A stretch of 64,000 nucleotides of DNA from Pristiophorus japonicus (taxonomy: Eukaryota). A program made the position numbers and the translations under genes. Of this stretch, positions 42,550 through 60,600 are shown piece after piece; position 1 is the first letter of the stretch; every line of letters starts with the position of its first letter. The DNA lies in assembly GCF_044704955.1 (NCBI RefSeq), contig NC_091980.1:130944001-131008000 (forward strand). Direction: 5' to 3'. The notes below the pieces were generated by a model, which searched no databases, was not told where the DNA came from, and was given only the letters and a program-made list of their open reading frames with translations.

Positions 42550-44350
42550 TGTAATGTATGTCAGCACCTTTAGTAATGACTCCACGAGGCAGGGTATGAT
42601 ATTTAAACTGTACAGACCTGTAGTCCTTTGTTTGCAGCTCCTGAGTGAAGACAATAAGCTGTGTGTTTATTTTTATACTGGGTTACCTGCAGTGTGCAGT
42701 TAACTCTTAGGTCTCCAGCAGCAGCACCCTCTGGTGTACAGGCAAGGGTACATTCAGTGTTGCATAACAGTGTTACAGACATCACACAGTAAACAGGCAT
42801 GCAGACATAACAACACTTCCCCCCCCTAAGCATTTTTCATATCCTTATTGTCATGCCCAGGGAAGGTGATCACTGGTGGGCTAGGGGAGGTTGTGGTCAG
42901 CGTTATGTGGTTGTCAGGTGTGATCCCTGTGCTTGAGGCTGGCCTCATATGTTTCCCCTCCCTCACACATAGACCATGTGGGTGTTACTGTTGTGGGATC
43001 CCTCAGGAGGGTAGCCACGCCAGCAGTGGGTGGTATGTATACACTGTGATGTGGGTAGTTGTGGGCAGGGCCACAAGACTGGGTGGGCTCCTTGTCCACT
43101 GTTGTTGTGGGGTGGTGGGCAGGGCCACAAGACTGGGTGGGCTCCTTGCCCACCAATTGGGATGAGGGTCAGGTCATTCCAGGGTTTGCCAGGGAAGCTG
43201 GAGGGTATTGATCTCATGCTCCTGGTGTTGGCCCTGGTGGCCAGGGGTTGTAGGGTTGATCTGGTGCAGGTTGCCATTGGTGGTGGCTGGGCTGCCATTT
43301 GACCACTGTCCCTGAAGTGGATGTGCTCCCACTGGCTGCGTGTGTGTGTCCTGCAAGGGGCATCACATTCGTTCCAAAACTCCAGGTTACATGGTCAGGT
43401 AGCCTGCTAGAGCTGGGGGTCTCCCACCAGGGGATTTTTATTGGCATCAGCATGGTCCCTTTAGGACCCAATGTCCTTTGGCAGTGTCGTACCGGTGTAC
43501 GTGACACATTGGCTCTGATCACACATAGTCGAGCCGACATTATACATTCTAGCATTTGCATCACTTTTGGGTGTCCTGGTTTCAACAGACAAGGTTACAT
43601 TAGGCATTTTGCATTCTCTATCATTATTGTTAAGTGTAACAAACTTATTAACCTTACTGATACCTGTATTCATCTCATTAGACACATTAGTTAAACCAGC
43701 ATCGCTATTCATTGTTACATTGCATACATGTTCATACTTGCACCCTTTAATCGCATCTTTAGCTTTAAAGTCCGTGTACTCAACTAGTCGAAATTTCCCC
43801 ATTAAATTTCTTTGGTTACCGGTCTCCTTTAAGAGAGCCTTCAAATCTGATTGGTCGCTCGGTGTCACATGATGCTTCTGCATGTTCACTCGTGGCATGG
43901 CAGAGGCCATTTTGATTACAGGTTCTGCTGCTTGTAGTGCTGCAGCCATTTTCTGGTCTTGCTGCAGGTCACCTGTGGTGCTCTTTTCTTCCACAGGTTC
44001 GATCCTGGATGTTGGGAATCCATTTCTTTCGTCAATGTTCACCTCTTGGAGTGCTGCTGCAGCCCAGACAGTGGAGTTTGGATCCTCGGTCTCGGAGATT
44101 TCGCCGGGGTGCTGTGGGCAGTTGAGCTGGACAGTGGAACCTCCGGATGCTGCGATGGATCCATGTTCGAGGTCGATTGCCGGAACCCGGAGGCCTGGGA
44201 GCAGCTTCGCTTGGACAGGTTGCTGCTGTGGTCGATTGGCGGGATTCCTCCAAAGTTCTTCAAAGGTCGCTTGGCTCATCGCAGACTGGCTCGCCCCTGT
44301 GTCGCTCTCCATAGAAACTGGGACCCCGTCGACATCTACTTTCATCGCCC
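42550..44350 (-). mobile_element. 5'-deleted non-autonomous Gypsy-type element (protease + unknown extension + 3' LTR)
   Basis: 3' LTR 42812-42550 (TGTTATG...TACA), G-rich PPT, protease DTGAS at the start of ORF 43461..44345; no RT/IN; absent from unit 1 at ~1404. Confidence 0.75.
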
Positions 44351-47300
44351 ATGGAGAACTTGTCTTAACTGCCCTCCGAAAACACCAAGCAAGCCACTCA
44401 GTTATAACAAACCGCTACGAGAAACAATAATAAAAATAAAACAGGACGGACTACCCGACATCGACATTGGCACCGGCTTCTGCCATGACAATGGTACACC
44501 CAGCTCAGTCAACCCTGCAAAGTTCTCCTCACTAACATCTGGTATCTTGTGCCAAAATGGGGAGAGCTGTCCCACAGGTTAGTCAAGCAACAGCCCGACA
44601 TAGTCATAATCAAAGAATCATACCTTTCAGCCAATGTCCCAGATTCCTCCATCACCATCCCTGTGTATGTCCTGTCCCACAGAAGGGCAGACCCACCAGA
44701 TGTGGCGGCACAGTGGTATACAGTCGGGAGGGAGTAGCAATAGGAGTCCTCAACTGTTACTCTGGACCCGATCAAGTCCCATGGATTGAGGTCAAGCATG
44801 GGCATGGAAACCACCTGCTGATTACCACCTACCGCCTTCCCTCAGCTGATGAATCAGTACTCCTCCATGTTGAAGGCCAATTGGAAGAAGCACTCATATT
44901 AGCAATAGGCTTCAATTCCCATCACTCAGAGTGGCTCAGTAGCACTGACCGGGCTGAATCCTGAAGGACATAGCTGCCAGATAGGGCTTGCGACACATGG
45001 TGAGAGAATCAACACAAGGGGAAAACCTACTAAACTCGTCCTCGCCAATCTACCTGTCACAGATTCATCTGTCCATGACAGAATTCGTAGCAGGGACCAA
45101 TGCTGTCATGGACAACCTCCTTCGTGGTGAGTGTCTCGACCACAGTGTTAAATGGAATAGATTCAAAACAGATCTACCAGCTCAAAACTGCGCATCAATG
45201 AGACATTGTGGGCCGTCAGCAACTACAGAATTATATTGCACCACAATCTGTAAATTCATGCCCCGCCTCTAGTCAAGCTCTTTCCAGTACAGGGACACTG
45301 GCATCTACCCGACAATGTGAAAAACTGCCCTGGTACGTCCTGTCCAGAAAAAGCAGGACAAATCCATTCAGGCCAATTACCACCCCATCAGTCTACACTC
45401 AATCATCAGCAAAGTGATGGAAGATTTTGCCGACAATAATCTGCTCACCGATGCCCAGTTTGGGTTGCGCCAGGACTACTCGTCTCCTGATCTCATTGCA
45501 GCCTTGGTCCAAATATCTACAAAGGAGCTGAATTCCAGGTGAGGTGAGAGTGACTGCCTTTGACAGCAAGGCAGCATCTGACGGAGTGCGGCATCAAGTA
45601 GCCCTTGTAAAATTGAAGTCAATGCGAATATAGAAAACTCTCGATGAGCTGGACTCATATCTAGCAGAAAGGAAGATAGTCGTGGTTGTTGGAGATCCAT
45701 CATCTCAGCCCCAGGACATCGCTGCAGGAATACCTCAGGGCAGTGTTCTTGGCCCAACAATCTTAAGCTGCTTCATCAATGATCTTCCCTCCATCATAAA
45801 GGCCAGAAGTGGGGATGTTTGCTGATGATTCCACAGTGTTCTGTTCCATTTGCAACACATCAGAAAATGAAGCAGTCCATGCCCACATGCAGCACGACCT
45901 GGATGACATTCAGTGTGGGGCTGATAATGGGCAAGTACCAATGGCACCACACAAGTGCCAGGCAATGACTATCTGCAACAAGCAAGAATCTAATCACCTT
46001 CCCTGTCGCTGCATTCCCCAGCACAGGCCCTGGGGGTTACCAGTGATCTGAAACTTAACTAGCCCGGCCGCATAAATATTCTGGTAATAAGAGCGGGCCA
46101 GAGGCTGGGTATTTTGCAGTGAGTGTCTCACCTCCTGACACCCTAAAGTCTTTCCAGCATCGACAAGGCACAAGTCAGGAGTGTGGTGGAATACTCTCCA
46201 CTTGACTGGCTGAGTGCAGCTTCAGCAATCATCAAGAAGCTCGACACCATCCAGGACAAAGCAGGCTGCTTGATTGTCACCCCATCCACCACCTTCCACA
46301 TTCACTGCTTCCACCACCGGTGCACCATGGCTGCAGTGTGTACCATCGACAAGATGCACTGCAGCAACTCATCAAGGCTTTTTCAGCAGCACAAGCCGTC
46401 CCACGAGCTCTAGCAATTAGAAGGACAAGGGCAGCAGAAGTTTGGGAACACTATCACTTCCAACTTACACACCAACCTGACTTGGAAATATATCGCGGTT
46501 CCTTTTTCATCACTGCAGCAAAATCCAGGAACTCCCTCCCTAACAGCACTGGGAGTAGCTTCCCAACAAGACTGCGGCGGTTCAAGAAAGTGGCTGACCA
46601 GCACCTTCTCAAGGGCAATTAGGAATGGGCAATAAATGCTGACCTTGAGCTCAGACATTGCTGGGCTCTATAGCTGTTACTCACTTCTTCACTCACACAT
46701 CTTAACAGAAAATCCACAGCAGCAGTGGTACGTTTACTGAGCTACCCGCAGTAATAACTCTGAATGCAAAGAGTATAGATGCATTTAAGGGGAAGCTAGA
46801 TAATCACGAATGAGAAAGGAATAGAAGGATATTCTAATAAATCTCGGTGAAGTGGGGTGGGAGAAGGCTCACATGGAGCATAAACCACAGCATGGCCCAG
46901 TTGGCCCAAAAGGTCTTTTTCTCTACTGTAAATTGTAAGTAATTCTTAAATCATGGGCACTTCGAAAGTTTCACATCGAGTGAGCTGGAGACGTTGTTGA
47001 CTACATGAAACCATCAGCACGCAAACCCAGGTGGACTCGTGGAGCTGTGACTCATCAATATATGCAATTTTGTAACATCGATATCCCAAAGGTGGCTGAG
47101 CAATGCTAAAACATTAACATGGAATGTCTGTACATGGCAATTTAATTGCACTCCATACAGTTCTCAACTCAATTCCTAAAAATAAGTTGTAAACACTGGA
47201 TTATTGGAGTTGCAGCATTAACATTTGAATCCATTCATGGAACAAATGAGAGGAATGGAGATCTAATCCAGGGCAATTGTGAATTTCATTACTATGGTAC

Positions 47301-48386
47301 TAAAAAAAAAGTTAGCAGGCTGAGAAATTGCAGCCAATGCAGTGGAGAAATGGATTTAACATCTTGTGCCTTTAGCTTTGTGGAATTAAATACATTTACT
47401 CCTTCCAGAAGGATTATATTTTGTTAGAGTATAGTTAGCCTTTCAAGACTAATTCCTTATTCACGTGAATGGAGATTATGTTGATAAGTTATTCAACCAT
47501 GATGGGAGCAGGCAGAAAAGAAGCTGTCCCAGAACCACATCCACAAAAGGTATCCACACTAACCAATGAAGCTGTGATAGTAAGCTGATGACATCTGTTG
47601 CTTTCCCACCTCGCCCAATTGTAGTGCCCAGAGTTCAGTGTGCTAAGATATTACTTTTCTGCCTAAAAAGCTTAACAAAAATACTATAGCAACAATGGTG
47701 AGTCCCATTACTGAACTACATGGATAATTGAACAGGATCTATTGCAGCTACTGAATACCAACTGCTCTTCTAAACACAAATTAGGAAGCTAATCCAGGAC
47801 TTTTTCTTCACTGGATTGAAATGGTGCAACAATGATTTAATGGCAAATTGGCCCTGTGTTTAACACATGTTACATCTTGTTGGATTGAATTTTCATTTAT
47901 GCAAGGGGAGATAGTTGGAACAGGTAATTTTATGCAGCTTTTAAGTCCCAAGGTCTGGAGCTCCCTCCCTAAGCATCTCCTTAATATATAATTCTGATCA
48001 TGCTTTTGGTCTCTGGGCCTATAATCCCATGGGGCTGTTAGTTGTCTGAACACACCTTTGAACATTTTAGATCTTACAACAGGTGCCTGAATATCCCAGT
48101 CAATATATCGACATTACACTAGAGGAAAAACACATTTCATGAAACTGAATCAAATATAAATGTTCCTCAGCATAATTCTTGTTTGATGTAAACCAACTTA
48201 TGTTAAATGAAAAATAAGCAACCACTCAAACGTACAAGGTGACAAAGCCCCATCCAAACTTTGTTTACTTAGTGACAGGTCTCAACTCTTTGTACAATGT
48301 CACAAGCCATAATTGCAAAGAAGACACAGGTCTGATTTATTTAAATACAAGGACTAAGCACAATAAGCTTGATCCCAGCAGTCAGT

Positions 48387-51721
<3,335 letters not shown>

Positions 51722-51789
51722 CTTCACTATCTATATTTCACTATCACCTACACAGTTCTCAAACTCACACTGTTTTGCACAAGCTCCTG

Positions 51790-51902
51790 TATTTATACTA
51801 CCCCCTGGAACAGCTACATTCAAACAGGGTATGACATCATCAATGATGATTGACAATCCCTGAGAGCCAATCAGGAATCGTCCCAGAATTGAGGCACCAA
51901 TT
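51790..51902 (-). promoter_or_regulatory. Promoter of ferritin A2: TATAAATA (51797-51790), TGACATCA, two CCAAT boxes
   Basis: Conserved with the A1 promoter. Confidence 0.7.
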
Positions 51903-54900
51903 AACAAAGGAGAGGGGATTTGGGGGAGGGGTCTGGGGAGATCAGTTTTGGTGATGTCACTGCCTTTGGGTTCCTGGAACGTCTTCAAATCTGAAAGTGT
52001 GCCGTTGTTTAACGCTCTCACTTGAATGAAATGATAATTTTCTACTTTTGCCAAAGGGGTTTGTCATAATCTGGCAAAGTTTGTTACTTGCAAGTTTCTG
52101 TGGCACTGAGACAATATTCAAAGCAATCAAGTTGTCTTGGTGCATTTACAAACCAAGCATTGGCCAGTGGAATGAGAATTCCATCCTGTGGGTGGTGTGA
52201 ACTTCCCCCAGTTCAAATATAGAGAATGGGCATGTGTCTGAGGATTGGCTACATGGGAGCATCAACGATCTGTCATTTTTATTCTCATGGAATGATGCCT
52301 GGTAAAATTCAATAGAGTGAGCGAGAATGAGAGGGAGTGAACATTACTGAACATATTATCACCCACATCTCCATTTGATCCATCAAAATCATGAGATGTC
52401 TGGACAGAGTCGATAGACAGGAACTGTTCCCATTGGTGGAAGGGTCGAGAACCAGAAGACACAGATTTAAAGTGACTGGCAAAAGAACCAAAGGCGACAT
52501 GTTTACACAGCGAGTGGTTGGGATCTGGAATGCAATGCCGGAGAGGGTGGTGGAGGTAGACTCAATCGTGGCTTTCAAAAGGGAATTGGATAAGTACCTG
52601 AAGGAAAAATTAATAGCAGGGTTGCGGGGGAAGGGCGGGGGAGTGGGACTAGCTGAAGTGCTCTTGCAGAGAGCCGGCACGGGCTCGACGAGCCGAATGG
52701 CCTCCCTCTGTGCTGTAACCATTCTATGATTCTATGATTTGCTCCGGCGTGTTTTGGGGCAGGCTTGATGGACCAGCTGGTCTTTTCCTGCCCCTCAATT
52801 TGGTGTGTTAGATGCGTCCTTTTACAGTCGGCTTTCAGTGAGGCGAAAGAATATTTAAATCTGATTGAAATGATGAATATTTAAATCTGATTGAAATGAT
52901 GAGGCTCAGATATGCTCTAACTGTCTGGCTCATCATAGGTTCTATCAGCACAGAAAGAGGCCATTCGACCCATCGTGCCTGTGCAGGCACTTTGAAAGAG
53001 CGATCCAATTAGTCCCACTCCTCAGCTCCTTCCACATAGCCCTGCAACTTTTGTCAAGTATATATGCAATTCCCTCTTCAAAGTTACTGTTGAATCTGAT
53101 TCCACCGCCCTTTCAGGCAGCGCGTTCCGGATCACCACAACACGCTGCGTAAAAATAATCGACCTCATCTCTCCCCTCTGGTCATTGGCCTTTCATGTTG
53201 GTGTTTCTCGGAGATCCAAAGTGGTGACGTCTGGTTTCAGTGCAAAAGTGGTTCAGTCCTGGATTAGCTGATGAGAGGTGTTCCCTTGGATTAAAACTCT
53301 GCTTTAGATGGGGCAGAGAGTGCGGCAATGATTCAGATCCGGAGCCACCAATCACATCACAGGCACTGCCCTTTCGCGGGAGATGCCACCAATGAGCACA
53401 GTAGACTCACCTGAATCAAACATGTGTCTGTGTATTTACACCTGTATTGTTTGAAGGAGCAGGGAGGTCTTACTGCAGTTGTACAGAGTCTTAGTGAGGC
53501 CTCACGTGGAATATTGTGTTCCGTTTTGGTCTCCTAATCTGAGGAAGGATATTCTTGCTGTTGAGGGAGTGCAGCGAAGGTTCACCAGACTGATTCCCTC
53601 GATAGCAGGACTGACATATGAGGAGACTGGATCGACTGGGCCTGTATTCACTGGAGTTTAGAAGGATGAGGGGGATCTCATAGAAACATACAAAATTCTG
53701 ATAGGACTGGATAGGTTAAATGCAGGAAGAATGTTCTCGATGTTGGGGAAGTCCAGAATCAGGGGACATAGTTTAAGGATAAGGGTAAGCCATTTAGGAC
53801 TCCGATGAAGAGAAACTTCTTCACAGAGTTGTTAACCTGTAGAATTCACTATGGCAGAGAGTTGTTGATGCCAGTTCATTGGATATATTTACGAGGGACT
53901 TAAATATGGCGTTTACGGCTAAAGGGATGAAGGGGGAATTCAGGTGAATGATTAGCCATGTTCTTAATGAATGATCATGCAGGCTCGCTGGGCCGAATTG
54001 CCTACTCCTGCACCTATTTTCTATGTTTCTATGCAGTGAATGTCCTGCACTCACAAAGGGCTTCGAGCAAACTGATGGACATCACATGGTCACACTCAAT
54101 GGCCAGGCCCATGGGCACCAGATCCTGCCATTCGATATATGGTGACTGGAAACGTCTTTGTGATGCAAATACATGGAATGACACAACAGCCATTTAATTG
54201 CACTCACTGCAGTTCTGAACTAATTTTCTAAAGTTAACTTGTGTAAATATGAAATTGAGGGTGGATTTCCCAGTCACCAAATTGTACTTGCCTTGATTCC
54301 TAGTACCATGGCTCACTCAATGAGCTGAGACATTGGGTGTGGAGATCAGCATTCTGTGCTGACCAGAAAATCGATTGCAGTAACGATGAGTTTGGTTGAA
54401 TGAGAGACCTGCCATGTATCCTACAGGAGTAGCAGAGCTGCATTGGTAGCTTACTTTAAATAAAATACCTAAACTGGGAGTGTTCATTTGCAATGAAATG
54501 GTTAAACACTAATGGACTGGAAAACTCTCCATGCATGGAACATTACAGCCACTGACATTTTGTTGTATTGAGGGGTTAAATTGTTGCCATTGATGCAAAG
54601 AGCAGAGAGAATATTCATCACTAGTGGGAGCGGTTACTTGTATTCAGCTGCCTTGGGCCCCTGCTGTAGAGTGCCCTCCCTACCTAAGAAATAGGAACAG
54701 GAGTTGGCCATTTGGCCCCTCGAGCCTGCTGTATTATTCAGTAAGATCACAGCTGATCTGATCTTGGCCTCACCTTCACTTTCCTGCATGCTCCCCATAA
54801 TCATCGACTCCCAAAATGTTTACCTCTTGGACAATGCTTCTGGGTATCTGTGCCGTTCACATATGTGGTTCAGGACATTTCATAGGTACGACATCAATGC

Positions 54901-55299
54901 AAGTTGTTGGATTACAGCATTGCAACAATCACTGAAATGCACCAAATAATTTACTCTCAATGGATACACAGAATTGGAATGACATCTTCAACATGAGACC
55001 TTCATGATGCAGCTCATCAAATCAGACATACACCAGAAGGACAGAGGAACAATAAACCACTTACACAGCCAAGTGTAATTCTGGACAGACATTAATCCAA
55101 AAATAAGCAACCACTCACTCAAATTTACAATGAGACGAAATCCAGTCAAATACTGAACAATTTATTTACATTTCACATCACACGGCCAGGTCTCAAAGTC
55201 TGTACAAAGCCACAGGCTGTCATTCTCGACAGGACAGAGTCTCACACAATTATATAAACACTCGTACTGAAGACAAGAAGCTTATTCCTGGCAGTCAGT

Positions 55300-57659
55300 T
55301 CAATCACTCTCCCCCAGGGTGTGGTTATCAAACAGGTACTTCCCCCATGCAATTCTCAGGGGCTCCCAGTCTCTTCAGGTTGATGATGTGATCTCCAAGC
55401 TTCTTGTTCATCTTCACTTGTTCATCCAAGTAGTGGGTCTCCAGGATGTCACACAAGTAAAGGAGAAGAAGAAAACTAGTTAAGATCAGGAGCAGATATC
55501 AAGGAACATCGGAGCTTACCCATCGAGAGTTTGGATTTTAATCCTCTTGAACGAGAGGATAGTCAAGTGTTGCAATTGAAATCAATGGAATTATTGCATC
55601 ATTTAGATTAAATTTGCTGCACGATAGTTGCTGGGACACATTTACTAGTCAATGTCCACAGTAGGCCAGCCTCCTGTCCCTTCATACCACCCCCGCCCTG
55701 CACCAAAACAAACCACCACAACATGAAGCTATTGGGCAGAGATTTTTGTAATAGGTTCAAGGACAGCAATGTTCCACCGCCTCCAACTTACCCAGAACCT
55801 CACATGAGAAACTTACATGAGGGTCGGTGCTCCCAGTGGAGTGTTTGTGCAGATCCAGCAGACTCTGGTTCACATTCTTCTCCATCTGCAGAGCTCTCTG
55901 CATCGCCTCCAGACCATTGCTCCAGTTTCTGAAGAAGAAAGTCATAGCTCCTTTACAATGGATTCAACAAACAAGTATTGAAGAAATTAATTAGTGATGA
56001 AAAAATGTAATGAGAAGTCAAGGATACCATGAACCAATGACATTAGAATATAGAATTACTGCATTAAGCCATCAACTGCTGGAGTCAGATTGATCAGGTG
56101 AATAGCATAGATGTATTTAAGGGGAAGCTAAATAAGTACATGAGGGAAAAAGAAATAGAAGGATATGTTGCTGGATAGAGCAAGGTGGGAGGAGACATTT
56201 GGAGCCTGATCACCAGCATAGACCAGTTTGTCCAAATGTCTGGTTTCTGTGCTGTAAATTGGAACCAACTGCTTTAAAATGTATTGGGAGCAATCAGTCT
56301 AAGGGAAGCCAGATAGAAGGCCCCTCATTTATAGAACCAAACATTGATGTCCACCAAAATGATTCGGCCCCTACACCGATTCTGGAATTCCATCAGTTTC
56401 TCAGCATGCTCTCGTTCCTCATGTGACTGGTCCTTGAAGAACTCAGCAAAGTGACTCAGGGCAACATCATCCCGGTCAAAGTAGAAGGACTGCAGAGGGA
56501 TCAGAAGAGTAGTTGTGTATCACATGACAGATCCATTATTGTGGGTATTGTACATAAAGCCAAACTCAATTTTGCGAGGAGTTCAAGAAAATTAGGAACT
56601 GGAGTAGGCCATTCAGCCCCTCAAACCTGTTCCACCATTCAATTTGGTCAGATCTGCAGCTTAACTCCATTTATCCAGCAAGTAATTAGGAAAGCAAATG
56701 ATATGTTAGCTTTTGTTACGAAGGGATTAGAGTTCAAGTGTCAAAGAAGTCTTGCTATAATTATACACGACATTGGTGAGGACACACCTGAAGTATTGTG
56801 TACAGTTCTGGTCTCCTTACCAAACAAAGGACATTTTTGACTGAGAGGTGCAACAACAAATGTTCACTAGACTATTTCCTGGAATGAGGAGATGGCCCGA
56901 TGTGGAAAGATTTAGTAGACTAGGCCAATGTTCTAGAGTTTAGAAGAATGAGGTGCAAATCTGATTAAACAAAATGCTGAAGGGGCTTGACAGGGTTAAT
57001 GCAAAAATAAGGTTTACCCTAACTGGGGAAATCTAGAACCAGGGGGTCACAGTCTGAGAATAAGGGGTTGGCCATTAAAGACTGAGAGCAGTTGAAATTT
57101 CTTCACTCAGAGGGTGATGAATTTATGCAATTCTCTACCCCACAGGGCTGTGGATGCTCAGTTATTGAGTATATTCAAGAAAGGAGGTCAATAAATTTTT
57201 GGAAACTAAATAAATTATGACCCAAGGAGATAGTGCGGGAAGGTGGAATTGAGGGAAGAGATCAGCCAAATGTCCTAGTCCTAATGCTGATGTTCTAATC
57301 CCTCGATACCCTTACCCAACAAAAACCTGTCCAGGGAGTCACAGCCTTGGGTGGGTGGAATGCAGGAAGCAAGGAGAATATGTTCCAGACTTCTACCACA
57401 CATGTGAAAAATTGCTTCCCAACTTCTATTATAGTATAGCTTTAACAAATGAATTCACTGTGCATCAAGTGAGGGGTGGGCCGGATACAGCACAGAATCT
57501 AGGAAATTCACATTGCAGCAGGTCCATTGTGAAGTGCTCAGAAATACAACACTCACCATTGAGAGATAAACATAGGAGGAACAGAGCTCCATGTTGACCT
57601 GCTGTGTTGACAGCAGCCTCACAGTCCTTGTGGTAGTTCTGACGAACTTGAGAAGCCAT
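55300..57659 (-). pseudogene. fth1-like: Ferritin H/M-type pseudogene, copy B2
   Basis: Exons 57659-57557 (103 bp, +1 insertion at ~57605), 56489-56343, 55928-55817 (112 bp, 14-bp deletion), 55456-55300 (acceptor CAG>TAC, +1 insertion at ~55345). Confidence 0.92.
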
Positions 57660-60600
57660 CCTAATTTGCTTTTCCAAAAATCTAAGCCTTGTTGAACCAA
57701 GAAGCTGAGAATTAGCTAATTTCGAACTCCTGTCTTTATACTGGTGGATAATCCAGAGCTAGCTATGAGTGACATTCCTCAATACCCAATCACAAGTTGC
57801 AGCCTCTGTCAGAACACCAATCAAGTAAAGGGAGCAGGGGCCATGACTCCAGAGCCAGTCATGAACTTTGAAGAATGAGCATCATTGGCTGACTCTTTTT
57901 GCTGGTGGCAATTGTAAATTTAAAGTCAAGCATGGGGCCCTTTTTAAAGAGGCAAAACCAATAAAGACTGCAACTTCACAAAAAATGTTAAAGGAAAATT
58001 AACAAATTAAATTAAAATTCTATACCCGAGGTGATGATGCACTCCAGTCCCTCCTCTCATGGAAGGCTGCGAGCGTGCCGATGAACACCGCATGCTCCAT
58101 CTCTTGGGACACCCGGGCGCGAATGTAGCCGTGGAAGAGAGGACGAAGTCGGGCCGAATGACCACCTCGAATGCCCGCTGGCCAGCCATGTTGACGGCCT
58201 CTTGCCTGGGTTAATTGAATCTTCCGTTGTGTGCGAGTCAGTGTCTTTTTAATAGTTCAGTGCGATTCAGTGGGTTGGTAATTTTCAGGTATCCGTGAAT
58301 GCAACATCCAAAGACAGAGCCGTGAGTCTGCAACGCAATCGGCAGCGGGTCAGGTGAATGGACAGTGCGTGTGAGGAATGTGACAAGCTCAAGTGCTCAG
58401 ATACTCCATCACTTCCAAGTTTAGTGAGCACCTGTACACACAGGAGCTAGAATGTGGCGCAGACTGTGGGATTTTGAGTTCTTGTTATGTTACCATGACA
58501 TTTTATAAGCAATGAAATGGACTGCAGTCCAAAAAGAAAGAATATCTCCTTGCACCTGGACTTCACTGTGGCAGCCTTGGGAACGCTTATCCTCTAAGAA
58601 AGAAGGAAGAATTCCATTTATATAGCACTTTCACGGCCTCAGGATATCTCAAAGCTTTTTACAACCAAACAAGTTCAGCAGTGTGTTAATCACCAGATAA
58701 TCTGTTTTGGTTGCAGGATAAATATGGTCAAGGACACCCGAGAGAACACCCCTGCGCTTCTTCGAAATAGCATCCTGAGATCTTTTACGTCCACCTATGA
58801 GAGCAGATGGTCTAGCATCTCATCTGAAAGACGGCACCTCCAACAGTGCAGCAATCCCTTCGTACTTCCCCTTTGACAGTGCAGCAATCCCTCAGTACTG
58901 CCCCTCCGACAGTGCGGCACTCCCTCAGTATGGCCCCTCCGACAGTGCGGCACTCCCTCAGTACTGCCACTCCAACAGTGCGGCACTCCTTCAGTAATGT
59001 GTGTATGTGTGTGTGGTGGCAGGGTCGTTGAATACATTTATGGTGGCGATAGATAGATTTTTGAACAATAGTGGAATCAAGGGTTATGGGAAACATGCAG
59101 GAAAGTATTGAGACCAAGATCAGACCAGTCATGATTTTATTGAATGGCGGAGCAGGCTCGATGTGCCAAATGGCATATGCATGTTATTATGTAAACCTCT
59201 CGGCCTCCTTTAAGACACTAAAATTTACCTGTGGTCCCACTGTCTTATGTGGCTGAACATACGTGAACATTTTCAACTGTTGTATTACAGCATTGCAACA
59301 CTAGATTGAAATGCATCAATAGAATTTGCAAGATATACTCTTATTAATGTTTGGGGGTCACAACATACCAGAGGGCGCTGCCGTCGGAGGTCATCGGGCT
59401 GTACGCATGTGGCATGTGTGCTTGATCACCTGTATATAAGCTGGGTGTCTTTGTCACGCTGGTACTCTTGGGCTGGAATAAAGATGGATGATGTTGCACT
59501 TGAGTGAGTTTACAGTAACCAGACTTTTGAGTAATTACATATACGTAGAATTGAAATTAGGCTTCAACATGACTGAATGGCTATTGTCGAAAGCATATTG
59601 TGCAATGAGAAAGGGGTAATTAATAGTCTTTTTGTGCAGGGTCCTTTAGGGAAGAATGACCATAACATGATTGAATTCTTCATGAAGATGGAAAGTGATG
59701 TTGTCCAATCCAAAACTAGGGTCCTAAATCTAAACAAAGGAAACTATGAAGGTATGAGGAATGGCTATGATAGATTGGGAAGAGTCATTAAAAGCCATGA
59801 CAGTGGACAGTCAATAGCTAACATTTAAGAAAGGAATGCATGAATTGCAACAGTTATACATTCCTTTCTGCCACAAAAACACAAAAGGAAAAGTGGCCCA
59901 ACCTTGGTTTACAAAAGTAATTAAGGATAGTATTAGATCCAAAGAGGAGTCATACAAAGTTGCCCGAAAAAGTAACAAGCCTGAGGATTGGGAGCAGTTT
60001 AGATTTCAGCAAAAAAGGACCAACAGATTGTTTAAGAGGGGAAAATAGAATATGAGACTAAACTTGCAAGGAACATAAAAAACGATTGTAAAAGTTTCTC
60101 CCAGTATGTAAAATGAAAGAGATAAGTGAAATTAAAGGTAGGTCCTTTACAGTCAGAAACGGGATAATTTTAATGGGGAACAAGGAAATGGCAGAACAAT
60201 TAAATACTTCGGTTCTGTCTTCACAGAAGAGGACACAAGTAACATCCACAAATGCTAGGGAACCAAGGATCTAGTGAGCAAGAGAATTAAAGGAAATTAT
60301 TATTAATAAGAAGAGAGTGCTGGAGGAATTAATGGGACTGAAAGCTGATAAATCCCCAAGACCTGATAATCTGCATCCCAGAGTACTAAAAGTAGTAGCC
60401 ATGGAAATAGTGGATCTTTGGTTATCATCTTCCAAAATTCTACAGATTATGGAACAGTTGCTGCAGAATGGAGGGTGGTAAATGTAACCCCACTATTTAA
60501 AAAAGGAAGGAGAAAGAAAACAGGTAACTGCAGCCCGGTTAGCCGAACAGCAGTAGTAGAATGTGATTAAAGGCACACTTAAAAAATATCAACGGGATTA

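Noticed and set aside
51755-51785. CAGTGT hexamer upstream of the A2 ATG as a possible IRE loop
   Set aside because: The flanks (CAAAA / GAGTT) cannot form the 5-bp upper stem and there is no bulged C. It lies only ~20-25 nt past TATA, at or before the expected start site, and is not conserved in A1.
52849-52902. 26-bp tandem duplication (aatatttaaatctgattgaaatgatg) in unit 2 only
   Set aside because: Ordinary slippage duplication with no functional indication.
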